DNA of 64,000 nucleotides from positions 52,142,001 through 52,206,000 of the forward strand of contig NC_043002.1 in assembly GCF_006345805.1 (NCBI RefSeq). The letters are read 5' to 3'. Below the pieces are notes generated by a model. The model was not told the DNA's origin. It was given only the letters and a program-made list of their open reading frames with translations, and did not search any database. Every line of letters begins with the position of its first letter. Within the stretch, counting starts at the first letter, position 1. The DNA is from Octopus sinensis (Eukaryota). Shown piece after piece: positions 26,100 to 40,554 of the stretch. The position numbers were made by a program, and so were the translations under genes.

Positions 26100-26204
26100 C
26101 TCTCTATATATACATATATATATGCACATAAACATATATACATACATTCGTACACACACACACACACATGTACTTATATGCACATATACGCGTACATGCA
26201 TATA

Positions 26205-26347
<143 letters not shown>

Positions 26348-26477
26348 ATACACATGCATATGAATTTAATATATGCATGTATATCCGAATTCGAAACTGT
26401 ACACACAATTGTACACATCTGCTTACTTAGTCATGCATTAATCAGTTACGCATGTGCGCATATACATGTGCGTGCGT

Positions 26478-26514
<37 letters not shown>

Positions 26515-26720
26515 AGCAAAGGTACATGATTGCTATATACACACACAGATGCACTATGCACTTAAATCTATGTCTGCCATATATATATATGCATATTCTA
26601 TATATATTGTTTAATTAGTGTTTACATACACATATATGCATGTGCGTACGTATGCATGGATGTATGTAGGTAAGTGTGTATGCATTTGATTAGGCTTGCC
26701 CATATGAATGTGTGTGTGAG

Positions 26721-26761
<41 letters not shown>

Positions 26762-26899
26762 ACTAATTTAAATTGCGTTCGATGTGTGGAACAGCATGCT
26801 GGTCATTACTTCATTGCTCTCTTATGCACCATTGCCTCTTACAACTGTTTTCGGTGCTACGTTTAAAACCTCCGCAACCTCATTCACAACATCGACGAA

Positions 26900-26959
26900 T
26901 ACTACGACGACGACGACGACCACCACCACCACCACCACTACCACCACCACCACTACAAA

Positions 26960-26997
<38 letters not shown>

Positions 26998-29832
26998 CAT
27001 CATCAACATCATCATCATCATCAACAGCAGCAGCAGCAGCAGCACTATCAGCACCACCAGCACCATCACCAGCACCACCAGCACCACCACCACCGCCACC
27101 ACCAGCAGCACCACCAGCGCCATCACCACCAGCAGCACCAGCAGCACCACCAGTACCATCAGCATCAGCAGCAGGAACATCACCGCTACCGCTGCAGCCA
27201 ACAGCTAATATCTTTCGCGGCTGTATGTATCACAGTACCCACCACCACCACTACCACCACTACTATCACAGTTACTGTTATCATTACGACGACTACCACG
27301 ATGACGACTGCGACGCTGACGACGACTATGATGACGGTGGCGGCGTCGACACCGACGACCATCACCAGCACCAGCACCAGCACCACCACCAGCACCACCA
27401 GCACCAGCACCAGCACCAGCACCAGCACCACCAGCACCACCAGCACCACCACCAGCACCACCAGCACCAGCACCAGCACCAGCACCAGCACCACCAGCAC
27501 CACCACCAGCACCACCAGCACCACCACCAGCACCAGCACCAGCACCAGCACCAGCACCACCAGCACCAGCACCAGCACCACCAGCACCACCACCAGCACC
27601 ACCAGCACCACCACCAGCACCACCAGCACCACCACCAGCACCACCAGCACCAGCACCACCACCACCACCAGCACCACCAGCACCAGCACCAGCACCAGCA
27701 CCACCAGCACCAGCACCAGCACCAGCACCACCAGCACCAGCACCAGCACCACCCCAGCACCACCAGCACCAGCACCAGCACCACCAGCCCACCACCAGCA
27801 CCAGCACCACAGCACCACCACCAGCACCACCAGCACCACCAGTACCAGCACCAGCACCACCACCACCACCAGCACCACCAGCACCAGCACCAGCACCAGC
27901 ACCACCAGCACCACCAGCACCAGCACCACCAGCACCACCAGCCACCACCAGCACCACCACCAGCACCACCAGCACCAGCACCACCACCAGCACCACCAGC
28001 ACCAGCACCAGCACCACCAGCACCACCAGCACCACCAGCACCACCACCAGCACCACCAGCACCAGCACCAGCACCAGCACCACCAGCACCACCACCACAC
28101 CACCAGCACCACCACCACCACCACCACCAGCACCACCAGCACCAGCACCAGCACCACAGCACCACCACCAGCAGCACCACCAGCACCACCACCTCACCAC
28201 CACCACCACCACCAGCACCAGCACCAGCACCAGCACCACCAGCACCACCACCAGCACACCAGCACCACCACCAGCACCACCACCAGCACCACCAGCACCA
28301 GCACCAGCACCACCAGCACCAGCACCAGCACCACCAGCACCACACCAGCACCACCAGCACCACCACCGCACCACAGCACCACCAGCACCACCACCAGCAC
28401 CACCAGCACCAGCACCAGCACCACCAGCACCAGCACCAGCACCAGCACCACCAGCACCACCACCAGCACCACCAGCACCACCACCAGCACCACCACCAGC
28501 ACCACCAGCACCAGCACCAGCACCAGCACCAGCACCACCAGCACCACCACCAGCACCACCAGCACCACCAGCACCACCAGCACCACCACCAGCACCACCA
28601 GCAACCAGCACCAGCACCACCAGCACCACCAGCACCAGCACCAGCACCAGCACCACCAGCACCAGCACCAGCACCAGCACCACCAGCACCACCACCAGCA
28701 CCACCAGCACCACCACCAGCCACCAGCCCACCAGCACCAGCACCACCACACCACCACCCGCACCACCAGCACCAGCACCAGCACCACCACACACCAACCA
28801 GCACCACCAGCACCACCACCACCACCACCCCCCCACCCCACCACCAGCACCACCAGCACCACACCAGCACCACCAGCACCACCAGCACCACCACCAGCAC
28901 CACCAGCACCAGCACCAGCACACAGCACCACCCCACCAGCACCACGCACCAGCAACCAACCACCACGCACCATCACCAGCACCAGCACCACACACCAGGC
29001 CCACCACCATCACACCAGCCACACCACCACCCAGCACCACCAGCACCAATCACCAACCACAAGCACCACCAGCACCAGCACCATCACCACCAAGCAACCC
29101 TCACCAGCACCACCACACCACCACCAGCACCAGCACCCCACATCACCACCACCATCACCACCAGCACCACCACCAGCACCACCACCACCACCACACCACC
29201 AGCACCAGCACCCCAGCACCACCACAACCACCACCACCACCAGCACCACCAGCACCACCAGCACCACCACCACACCACCACCACCACCACCAGCACCACC
29301 AGCACCACCACCAGCACCACCACCAGCACCACCAGCACCAGCACCAGCACCACCAGCACCAGCACCATCACCAGCACCACCACACCACCACCACCTCACC
29401 ACCAGCACCACACCATCACCAGCCACCACAACCATCACCACCACACCAGCACCAGCACCATCACCGCACCACCAGCACCACCAAATCACACCAGCACCAC
29501 CAGCACCACCATCACCACCACCACACCACCAGCACCAACCCAGCAAAGCACCACATCACCACCACCACCAGCACCAGCCCATCACCACCACAAGCCACCA
29601 CCATCAACCACCCAGCACCACCACCCAGCACCACCAGCACCACCCAGCACCAGCACCAGCACCACCATCAACACCAGCACCACCATCAACCACCATCACC
29701 ATCACCAGCACCAGCACAGCACCAGCACCAGCACCACCCAGCACCACCACTACCATCACCAGCACCACCACCACCAGCACCACCATCACTACCTGCACCA
29801 GCACCAGCACCACCAGCACCACCACTACCAGC

Positions 29833-29863
<31 letters not shown>

Positions 29864-29890
29864 CCACCACCACCACCACCACCACCACGA
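26900..29890. repeat. ~3-kb (ACC/AGC)n low-complexity triplet array
   Basis: accagc/accacc units; the near absence of T on the + strand keeps frames free of stop codons. Confidence 0.95.
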
Positions 29891-30259
29891 ACTAGACATG
29901 AACGGACGCAGTAATCACTCTGCGAACTCCCAGCCTGCTTGAAATAGCAGCCAATTTCTCTCAAACCCTAGCCTTCTAACGTAAAAAGAACAGATGAATG
30001 TAGATTTGTTGTTTGACAAACTCCACCTTTCCATTTTAAGAAAAGCTTAAAATGGTCCGGAGTACGCTTACATATGAAAACGCAACGGTCATGGTTGCGA
30101 AGCTTTTGGTAACGTCTACTCGATCGGGACTGCTGAGTTGGAGTTAAACAATAGCAACAACAGCGATATCACAATCGTCAACTGAAAGACAGCTTCTGTA
30201 CGGTCATTCAGTTTGCTAAAAATAACAGAGAATTGTGCCTTAAATCACACTTCCTAAGT

Positions 30260-30591
30260 GTAAAGACCTCCTTCGGTCATAAATCACCATGGGATTGCAC
30301 CTAGAAAGTTACCCTTCCGGATACAAGTCAGGGCAGTGTTGTTTATGGAAGACCAGCAGTCGCCCATGCATTCTAGCTTCCTCTCTTCAAGCCGATGTTA
30401 TCCAAGGGAAAGGCAAAGACCGATACAGCTTGGCACCAGTGACGTCACAACTCATTTCTACAGATGAGTGAACTGGAGCAGTATGAAATAAAGTGTCTTG
30501 CTCAAGAGCACAACACACAGCCCGGTCCGATAATCGAACTCACTACCTCATGATTATGAGCCCGACGCTATAACCACTGGGCCATAGCGTC
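30260..30591 (-). mobile_element. tRNA-derived CORE-like SINE (family D)
   Basis: Reverse complement: tggcccagtggttatagcgtcggg...gagttcgatt...tgtgttgtgctcttgagcaagacactttatttc...ctgtagaaatgagt. Confidence 0.8.
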
Positions 30592-31154
30592 TGGAATAAA
30601 GAGAAAGGTCGTGAGATAAGATAATGTTATAGAGCTCTAAAAAAATTGGCATGATCAAGGCTGGGAAATGCTTTTCCTCATAAATCTGTTGTATTATCAA
30701 GGTTGACAACGGGCAAAGTACTACCACCACAACGATCACCGCCATCGCCGCCGACAGCAGCAGCAGCAGCAGCAGCAGCACCGCCACCACCAACACGAAC
30801 ACTACCACCAACTCTACACCCACTAGTACTTCTACCACCACCACTACTATTACAGAAGCCACCATTACAATCACTAATTCAACCACCACCGCCGCTGACA
30901 CAACCACCACCACCACCACCATCACAACCACCGCTATCACCGCTACGAACGCTACTGCCGCCGCCGCCGCCGCCACCACCACCACCACCACCACCACCGC
31001 CACCGCTCCCACCGCCGCCGCCGCCGCCGCCACCACCACCACCACCACCACCACCACCACCACCACCACCACCACACCACCACCACCACCACTGCCGCCG
31101 CCGCCGCATATGCTTTATATAGAGATATATAATGTATATATTTATATGGGCATG

Positions 31155-31555
31155 TCTTTTTGTCTGTTTGTCCCCCATCCCATTACTAAACTTAAAAAAT
31201 AAGTCCCGGAGTCGATTTGTTCGACGAAAACCCTTCAAGGCGGTGCTCCAACATGGCCGCAGTCAAATGTCTGAAACAAGTAAAAGAATAAAAGAATAAA
31301 GAATATGTGTGTGTGTCTGTATATGTGTGTGTATGTGTGTGTGTGTGTGTTTGCGCTGCACCAGCGTATGACAACCGATGTTGGTTTGTTTACGTCTTCG
31401 TAACTTATGGGCTCGGCATAAGAGGTCGTTCGAATAAGTACTCTACTTAAAAAAAAAAAATAAAAAAAATGAAGTCGATTTGTTCGACTAAAATTCTTTG
31501 AGCTAATGCCTTAATATGGCCGTAGTCCAATGATTGAAACAAGTAAAAGAAAAGA
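31155..31555 (+). mobile_element. Two SINE-A 3' halves
   Basis: ggcggtgctccaacatggccgcagtcaaatgtctgaaac, plus a second, more diverged tail. Confidence 0.7.
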
Positions 31556-32075
31556 AATGCTATTCTGTCAATTTTCCGCCTTAGAGTAAACTGAAAGAAT
31601 CCTTAAACGTTTTAATAAATGCCTTCCTGGTTTAAAAAATCTCAAAAGCAACGATTAGGGAACATAAAATGGCTGCCACTGGAAACAGAACATATTGTAA
31701 ATGACTTAACGTTCGTGCGTAAAATGTTACATAGCAAAGTCGCCTTTACTTTTTCCATCTTCTTTGTTTTATTTTGTTAAATAACATGCACTTTCGGTAT
31801 GTTCGCAATTACAAATTAGTACGTCCATTGACATGAGAACATTTCTAGTTCTTATTTTTAAATTTTTTGCTTTTTACCAGCCGTGTCATAGAATCATGGA
31901 CCTCATTGTATTTTGCCTGATGAAATATTTTCATAACAGCAATAATGCGCAATTTAAATAACAAAAAATATCTTTATGATGACCAAAAATCTCAAAACAT
32001 ATTGTAATGGTAAATTTGCTAAACCATGTTATTATTAACTTAGATAAATTTGCAGCCATTATTATGCTAAGTTTC

Positions 32076-32600
32076 AAGGCCGCGAGCTTGCAGACTCAGT
32101 GGTACACCGGACAAAAATGTTTAGCGGCATTTCGCCCGGCATTTCGCCTGGCATTTCGCCCGGCATTTCGCCCGGCATTTCGCCCGGCATTTCGCCCGGC
32201 ATTTCGCCCGGCATTTCGCCCGGCATTTCGCCCGGCATTTCGCCCGGCATTTCGCCCGGCATTTCGCCCGGCATTTCGCCCGGCATTTCGCCCGGCATTT
32301 CGCCCGGCATTTCGCCCGGCATTTCGCCCGGCATTTCGCCCGTCATTACGTTATGAGTTCAAATTCCACCGAGGTTAACTGTGCCTTTTATCATTTCGGG
32401 GGTCAATGTAATCAACTTAACCCGTTCCCCGAAATTACTGGCCTTGTGCAAATTTGAAATTATCATCATTGTCGAAGTCAACTTCACTTGTCATACTTTC
32501 GGGGTCGATGAAATAAGTACTAGAGAAACGCTGGGGTCGATGTAATCGACTAGTCCCCTACCCTAGAATTTCTCGTACCTTTAGTAGAAAGGATTATTAT
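32076..32600 (+). mobile_element. SINE-B copies; the first carries an expanded 12-mer
   Basis: SINE-B head and Meta-like motif flank the array. Confidence 0.75.
32125..32340. repeat. (CGGCATTTCGCC)x18 minisatellite
   Basis: 216 bp long, with one C>T variant unit. Confidence 0.95.
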
Positions 32601-32626
32601 TATTATCATTATTATTATTATTATTG

Positions 32627-33175
32627 AATGAGAGAACAGTGCATGCCATCAAAGTGACACTGGGGCAAAATATACGAAGCCCAGTATACCCATCATGACT
32701 ACCCCTCTAATAAGGGTACACTAGGCACATGCATCACAACCATATGTATGTGACAAGGTGATCTTATATTAAGATAAACAACGCATGAGCTTAGAGATGG
32801 GGCCCAGTTATAATTTTCTTCAGGTTGAGTAGCCCATCCTGCTCAAAAGGCCCCTGAATGAGGTTTGTTTAAGGATGATGAACTAAACACTTGTTTCCAG
32901 AGGTGAATTATTCAAACCCCAAAGAATTCCTCTCAACAAATGACTATGATGTTTCCCCACTACTTCTGCTCGTGATCAAAGATGCATATATCGTCAGCCA
33001 CCAAGGAACATGCTCAACTGGTTAAGATCAAACAATGGACAAGCAAATCTGTGGTTCTGAGCAGTATATTTACTGTAACTCATCTTTTATACCAAGACAA
33101 AGCAATGTACATGACAACACTTCCAATCAGTAAAGATCAGAAGCCATGAAAGCCACTGCCTTGTGCTGCATCAGG
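32627..33175 (-). mobile_element. Retroposon 3' region (unclassified LINE UTR or SINE) ending in (TAA)n
   Basis: Longer homologue of 22515-22646. Confidence 0.6.
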
Positions 33176-34429
33176 GTTGAATAACAACATGGATGTGCTA
33201 CACCGGGCTTTCCATTCAAAAACAAACCTAATCTAATAACATCGGTGGAATGGGATAAAGAAACCCGTGGAAGACTTGAAGGAAGCGGCCTTTTCCCGAA
33301 AATAATCGCAAAAACGAAATTTTACTGCCATACAAAGCAAAGTTTCTCCCATGCACGACGTCTCGGTTAAACATGTGCGAAAGACACATGCGAAGTCAAT
33401 ATCGAAAAGTTTACAAATTATAAAATATAAGTGGAAAAAAACAATAAGTAAGTAAATTGATTGATTACGCATACACTCGAATGTCTACACAATCATATAT
33501 GCATTTTTATACCCATAGGACTACACGTACATCTCAATTTTTACACAACTACGTGAAATTTACAGGACACACATACACGCAAATGAAAGCACGTGTCACA
33601 AACAAAAAATAAGCAAAAAATAACAAAGCAATTTCTTTTATTTTTCGAACTGTTCTCTTTGTATTACAACTTTAATCTTGAGTTATTCTCACAGTTCTAA
33701 ACATCCGCACACATTAATCTGTGATGAATTCTAAACCTGATGTGGTTTATCAAAACCAATACTTTTATTAATATAATAAGCAGATTTAACATTCAGAAAC
33801 TTTTGTTCTTTCTTTAGATGGTTCGCCGTAAACATCTATAATATATCATTTTTATTCACCTTGGTTCGAAAGTCATAATAATATTTGCAGTCCGATTTTC
33901 CCCCAAACGTTCGTCACTCCTGAGATAGAAGAATAAATGTGAAACTAGAAGAGTGATGTGATGTCACGACGAAGCAGCGGTGTAGGAGGCTTTGAAATAG
34001 GTCACAGAGTCTGACCTCCTTCCACTGATTAAATTATGTAAAAAGAAAATAGAAAAACCGTAAAATTATATACTGTAATTCTAGACATACTATGGTTGAA
34101 AAAAAAAAAAGCGATGTGATCATGGTTGGAATGCCTTTTGTCATAGATCTTCTTGAATAGGGATTGTATGAGATTAAACAATATAATATACAACCTTCTT
34201 ACTGCCATGTGGGTTGAGTAAGAGATGCGTCGTGTCAGGTCCATTGGTTATAACAACAGCAACAACACCAATGTCGTTGACTGGATACGAACCATCGATC
34301 CATGATGCTTCTAGTCCAGCATAATATCAACTAGATTATCTGTGTATCCCAAAACAACATCGTACCATTTTATATCATGATATATCCTGTTTTAACATAT
34401 GACACCGTCCTTGACAAGATCACATTATA

Positions 34430-35000
34430 TCTATTTAATATCTGACTGTTGAACAGAAACATTTGGTATTATGTAAATATAATGTTCTTTTAGCCATTCC
34501 ATTTAGAGGAATATGCAGAAATCATTGACAAGTTGATACCAGTTGATATTTTTTTTTATTTTACTTCTTTTTCAAATCACTCGATCTTATTTCTAGAATA
34601 AATCTATGATGAATTGGCTTTTTGAGACACCACTATATTTCGATGCCCTGATCAACAATTCACGTTATCCTTCAACCGATCTTTGTATTTGTTGTCTGAT
34701 AGGAGGGTAAAAAGCCTTGGAGACGTTTGATATCACTAGTCTGATTATATGCATTATCCAGCATTTTGTTCTCAGAGATAACATGTTCCAAGAAAACAGT
34801 ATTATTCACGTTGTAGAAGCGAACGCCATAGAAGCAACAAGTAGTATAGCTCCAAACGATTTAAATATGCGAGCTGCTTTCGAATCCCGCTTGAAGTCAA
34901 TTCACTTTTATTATGCTTCTAATGTCACCGAGAAAGACATGGACATCAGACAATCATCTCCTTTCCTCCATACCAAAATTTACCATCTTGTGCCTGGTCA
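34430..35000 (-). mobile_element. Possible ancient LINE RT remnant
   Basis: Faint minus-strand motifs SNVSKAF, SGVSKS and LSMISAYSSKW occur in RT order; very degraded. Confidence 0.25.
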
Positions 35001-35169
35001 AAACCATAAAATCATTATTCACTCTATAGTGTCTGTAGTTTCTGATAATGTAACTAGTCTTAATCTGATGTTTTGAAATACAAAGATAATATTGCTATTG
35101 CTTTTGTGAGACATCAGGTTAGGAAAAACAAGAGCTTTGTGCTTGTCAGGGAGTTTTCATGGAGAAACT

Positions 35170-35420
35170 TTTCTACTATAGTCACAAGGCCTGTGGTTTG
35201 AGAAAAAGGGGCTAGTCGATTACATTGACCCCAGTGTTCAACTGGTATATATTTCATCAATCTCGAAAGAACGAAAGACAAAGTAGACCACGTGGTCGAC
35301 TTTGCCTTTCATCCTTTCTACGTCGATAAATTAAGTGCCAGTTGAGCTCTGGGGTCGATGTAATCGACTAACTTCACCCCAGTCCCGGAAATTGCTGGCC
35401 TTGTGCCAAAATTTGAAACC
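35170..35420. mobile_element. Two SINE-B fragments in divergent orientation
   Basis: Meta-like motif on the - strand (35200-35290) and on the + strand (35293-35420). Confidence 0.7.
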
Positions 35421-35529
35421 AATAATATCCCATTTTATGTGCGGTGCGACTGATTGCAGATAATGCACTTGTCATACACATATTTCACAACATTATCATC
35501 CAAAAATTACAGTAGTGTTTATGCTGCCA

Positions 35530-36050
35530 AACAGTCTGGTCCTAAGGTACGGGCATAACATACCGGACAGTTGCCCCAGAGGCCATCACAAGTTTAGAGG
35601 CCCATTTCTGATCTATGTATGTAGTGGTTTGCAGTTAATAAATATATAGTATAGGACCCAGTGCATTGAGTTGCTGGGAGACTATATATAATGCTGTTAA
35701 GACGTCTTTCCGCCCGGTACATTACTTTTACAATGAACCAAGGCGTTATTGCAAGGTTTGACGTATGTTGTCTTCGGTACACTTTTAATCAATTAGTAAA
35801 TGCCATCGATATGGAAGGTGAACCAACACTAAAAGGTTTCTGGCAATAATATAAGAAGCTTGGAAGAGACATTTGGAAAACGTTTCGCCCTCATTTTATC
35901 GACCATTTTGAAGTAACTAGAAAATCAGTAAGGAGGGTTAAAAATGAACCTGAGATGACTGTTGATACTACGTATTCAGTTATGATGTCTCATAACATCA
36001 CTGACCTCACAAACGAATTCTTGGAATAGAAAAACACTATGAAAAATCTA
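35530..36050 (+). mobile_element. Possible hAT-type remnant
   Basis: GC-rich subterminal-like segment (ccggacagttgccccagaggcc) and a weak WETIYNAVK motif. Confidence 0.3.
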
Positions 36051-36277
36051 AAAATCTTTCAATAGACACTCTTATCAATATCTCCACTCTTAACAAGTCG
36101 CCCGAAGAGTTAACATATATTCAAATATTTATTAATAATTTCAAGTCCCAAGATCCAAATTTCAAGGGAGATAGGGAAGTTGCTACAAATCCAAATAAAT
36201 TTGGCAACGTGAAATTTACAACCTCAATACCTACACACATGTCTGCACACACATACACACGCACTCGCGCACGCAAC

Positions 36278-36323
<46 letters not shown>

Positions 36324-36429
36324 CATACACGTACATATATGATTATATATATCTATCTTATATATATCTGAAATACATATTATATATGTATATAAGTATA
36401 TATATGTAATATATGTGTATATATATGTA

Positions 36430-36502
<73 letters not shown>

Positions 36503-36767
36503 TATATATATATATTTTTTATTTCATCTAGTTTCAGCTCACGAGCTGTGGCCATGCTGGGGCACCGACATTTATATATATATAGTTTATATCCATTTGA
36601 ACGAAAAAGAAGAAAATTGAGATTAGGAAATTAATAATCGTTTATTATCGACAGAAATTGGTTATCCTCTCTTCTTATAGCCGTTTTAATTAATACTCAA
36701 TAATTTAATTTCAAATTTCTATTTTTAAATTTACATTTATGCAACAGGAGTATATCTATATATATAA

Positions 36768-37154
36768 CTAGCGGTATCGTCCGGCGTTGCTCATGTTTGT
36801 TTCGACCTTTTAGAATTGGAATTTTTGAAAAGTAAATATTTTGCATTATGTAGCTTGTTATTTTCTTTAAGTGAACATTTTTCTGGTTGAAATACACCGA
36901 AAAATGGCGACACAGCAGTCAAAAAATCGTAAAAAGTAGGGATTTTCATAGAAAAAAGGCACCTTTTTGATGTAAATATTTTTTGGTGTTAACATGGTCC
37001 GATTTGAATTTTATCTTCTACGGAATGAAGAGCAAGCCTTCTATCATACTCTCAATTTTGGTCAACTTGCGCCGCAGGGTCTCGGAAGAGATAGTGTTAG
37101 TTGAAGGCTACCAAACCTGCCACACACAGTCAACTTCAGCTTTATATATATAGA
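36768..37154 (-). mobile_element. Non-autonomous Helitron
   Basis: Minus strand reads A|TCTATATATATAAAG...gagcaacgccggacgataccgCTAG|T: 5' TC, 3' CTAG, A/T insertion site, no TSD. Confidence 0.75.
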
Positions 37155-37712
37155 TTAAAGGCATAATGAAGAAGAACGGAAAGTTATTTATTTTTGAAAT
37201 TTATTTATATACATTTTTTTAATATTAAATTGGAAAACGTGTTTCTGCTGCATAAGTGTGTTGGGTTCGTTAGAGGTGAGGGTTCTGTGCATCTAATCGA
37301 TTTATATTAAATAACTTGTAGTTCAAATACCGATTCAAAGACCGACATTCTTAAATAGCTGTCGGAAATTAATATGCAGAAAAAAAAATTATAAGTAAAT
37401 AAATTTCTAAGATGTATTACTCTCCATTCTTCCGTTTAAATATTTGCTTTGTAAGATTCCTGCTGTGAAATTGTGTTTGAAACAGATATTGTTTTCTTTG
37501 GTGATGGTCATATTTTTGCCAATTAACCAGACGCACTCTATATATGGTCTTCATTTCAGCTTTATCATTATTATTATTATTATTATTATTTTAGTGTTCT
37601 TTGTCCGAAATCGTTCGTCACAAATCCTGTGACCTCAGAAAGGCAAAATTTACTTAACAGAACAGGAGGAGACACGTGGGATAGAGGATCGATGTAGAAG
37701 TCACAGAGTATG

Positions 37713-37924
37713 TCTTTACTTGTTTCAGTCATGTGACAGTGGCCATGCTGGAGCACCGACTTTAGTCGAGCAAATCGACACCAGGACTTATTCTTTGTAA
37801 GCCTAGTACTTATTTTATCGGTCTCTTTTGCCGAACCGTTAAGTTACGGGGACGTAAACACACCAACATCGGTTGTGAAGCGATGTTGGGGGGGACAACA
37901 CAGACACACAAAAATACACACTCA

Positions 37925-37955
<31 letters not shown>

Positions 37956-37971
37956 CACATATATACATATG

Positions 37972-38015
<44 letters not shown>

Positions 38016-38179
38016 GACGGGCTTCTTTTAGTTTCCGTCTACCAAATCTACTCACAAGGCTTTGGTCGGCCCAAGGCTATAGTAGAAGACACTTGCCCAA
38101 GGTGCCACGCAGTGGGACTGAACCCGGAACCATGTGGTTCGTAAGCAAGCTACTTACCACACAGCCACTCCTACGCCTA
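37713..38179 (-). mobile_element. SINE family A, full length, low divergence
   Basis: Complete head, internal (TA)(TATG) tract and tail. Confidence 0.9.
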
Positions 38180-38459
38180 TATGTGACGAAAGATTTCAGA
38201 CAAAGAACACTAAAATAATAATAATAATAATAATAAAACTGGAGTGAAGAGCAAGGATATAGAAAAAAATATGACCATCTCCTAATGTAACAATATCTTC
38301 ATTCTTCATTTTGTCTTTATAATATATTTGGAATTCTGCATGAAATCCTTCGAAGCTAAATTAGGATTTCCGGATATTCGATGTGGTTAGCCTAGTCTGG
38401 ATTTTAGCAGATTGCTTGAAAGTTATCTGTCTGAATTTAAAAACCTTTAATCCTTCGTG

Positions 38460-38462
38460 TTA

Positions 38463-38546
<84 letters not shown>

Positions 38547-38594
38547 AATCTATCTGTCTGTCTGTCTGTCTGTCTTTCTGTCTCTCTCTCTCTT

Positions 38595-38633
<39 letters not shown>

Positions 38634-38774
38634 GTCTACAAACACACAGAGAAAAGGAATAAATGGATGATAGAAAGTGTGTGCAAGCGAACGGATGATA
38701 GAAATAGATAGATAGATAGATATATAGATAGATAGATAGATGGATAGATAGATGGATAGATAGATTGATAGATG

Positions 38775-38838
<64 letters not shown>

Positions 38839-38850
38839 TAGAGAGAGAGC
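38460..38850. repeat. (TATC)n / (GATA)n arrays in opposite orientation
   Basis: TATC/TGTC at 38460-38640; GATA at 38700-38845. Confidence 0.9.
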
Positions 38851-39654
38851 AAATGGATGATAGAACAGAGGGAGGATAAAAGCAGACTAGCAGACGAGCA
38901 GACAAGGACTCAATTAGCCGAGTAAAGGGATTGCAAGACGACGTAAGGGAAGCAATAGGAAACGATTGATATGAGAGACCCTTGACCCGGAGGTGACCAG
39001 CTCATTAATGACATCGATTGAATTAACTTTGATTACATTGGATCATCATGGTTTCCCGGATCACAATACCATATAGTATATAGCAGTTTGCTTGCGTTTT
39101 GTGTTGTGTGTGTGTTTTATTAAATGGTATCTGAATATGAATGTATGTTGGTGCGTATCGAATGGCCATGGAATTCGATTTGCAATTATTAGATAGTCGC
39201 TGGTTCAAACAATGGCGGCAATTTGGCTCTTGATCAAATGATTTCTGCAACAGCTTCTTGGTTTGGATTCTTGAAAACTTCTGACTATATCATTCAAATA
39301 GCCAGCCTTGCCACGAACGAAAAGCGAGGCAACAACGGGAACGCTCGATCTGCTAGAAATAGCAACCACCCTTCTTCCAATTACATCTTATTATAAAAAG
39401 AGGCGGAACTATTGCATAATATAGTTAGAAAATATAGTATGATCCAGTTGCTTTTGGTAGGGTTGGCAATGATGATGATGGTGGGGGTGGCAGTATGAGA
39501 GACAGGTGCTGAATACTCCCTCTCTCAATTAAATCACAAAACTTTCCGGCTATCACCAGGATATGTCTTCCACTCAGTCATCTGGTCTGACATCTGATAT
39601 AGTTCATTCCCTTCAGATTCCAGTTTGGTGTCAGAGACTACTTCAGTATGGAAG

Positions 39655-39954
39655 GCGTAGTCGTATTTCGTCTGCCGTTACGTTCTGAGTTCAAATTCCG
39701 CCGAGGTCGACTTTGCCTTTCATCCTTTCGGGGTCGATAAATTAAGTACCAGTTACGTACTGGAGTCGATGTAATCGTCTTAATTCCTTTGTTTGTCCCC
39801 TCTATGTTTAGCCCCTTGTGGGCAATAAAGAAATAAGAAACTACTTCAGTATAAGCATATTTTTTTTATAACTGATTTAGTTAATAAATTCGTATTCTTT
39901 TAAAAAATGATTGTTGTTGCTGTGGTTGTTGATGTTGTTGTTGTTGTTGTGTTG

Positions 39955-40009
<55 letters not shown>

Positions 40010-40345
40010 GACGGCGAGCTTACAGAATTGTTAACACGCTGGATGAAATGCTTAGCGGTATTTCGTCTGCTGCAATGTTCTGAGTTCAAGTTCTGCCAAG
40101 GTCGACTTTGCCTTTCATCCTTTCGGGGTCGATAAATTAAGTACCAGTGAAACACTGAGGTCGATGTAATCGACTATCCCCCGCCCTCCAAATTTGAGGC
40201 ATTGTGTCTATAGTAGAAAGGATTGTTATTATTATTGTTATTATTATTATAATTATTATAATAATTATTATTATTATTAAGGCGGCGAGGTGGCAGAATC
40301 GTTAGCACTTCGGGCGAAATGCTTAGCGGTATTTCGTCTGTCGCA
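39655..40345 (+). mobile_element. Cluster of three SINE-B copies separated partly by (TTA)n
   Basis: Copies at 39655-39840, 40010-40220 and 40281-40345. Confidence 0.8.
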
Positions 40346-40503
40346 ACACAAGATGTCGAAATATCGTTCACAAGATAACAATGGCACTCTTCTTTCAATT
40401 TTGACTCTATATCTTCAGGAGGAATTACCTTAATCCTTTCTATATTAACCCAAATAAAGTAGATTGACAAATTTATGCCCTCTTATGTGTTTAAATCTAC
40501 GCG

Positions 40504-40552
<49 letters not shown>

Positions 40553-40554
<2 letters not shown>

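Noticed and set aside
26773-29942. 1040-aa and 1052-aa ORFs as mucin-like or His/Gln-rich genes
   Set aside because: Frames stay open because the triplet repeat has almost no T. Composition flips at indels, the starts are non-ATG and no domain is present.
32007-32378. (RPAF)n/(GISP)n repeat proteins or a CRISPR-like array
   Set aside because: It is a head-to-tail 12-mer without spacers, derived from SINE sequence.
34717-35076. 119-aa ORF as a host gene
   Set aside because: Non-ATG start and no recognisable domain; the opposite strand shows faint RT-like motifs.
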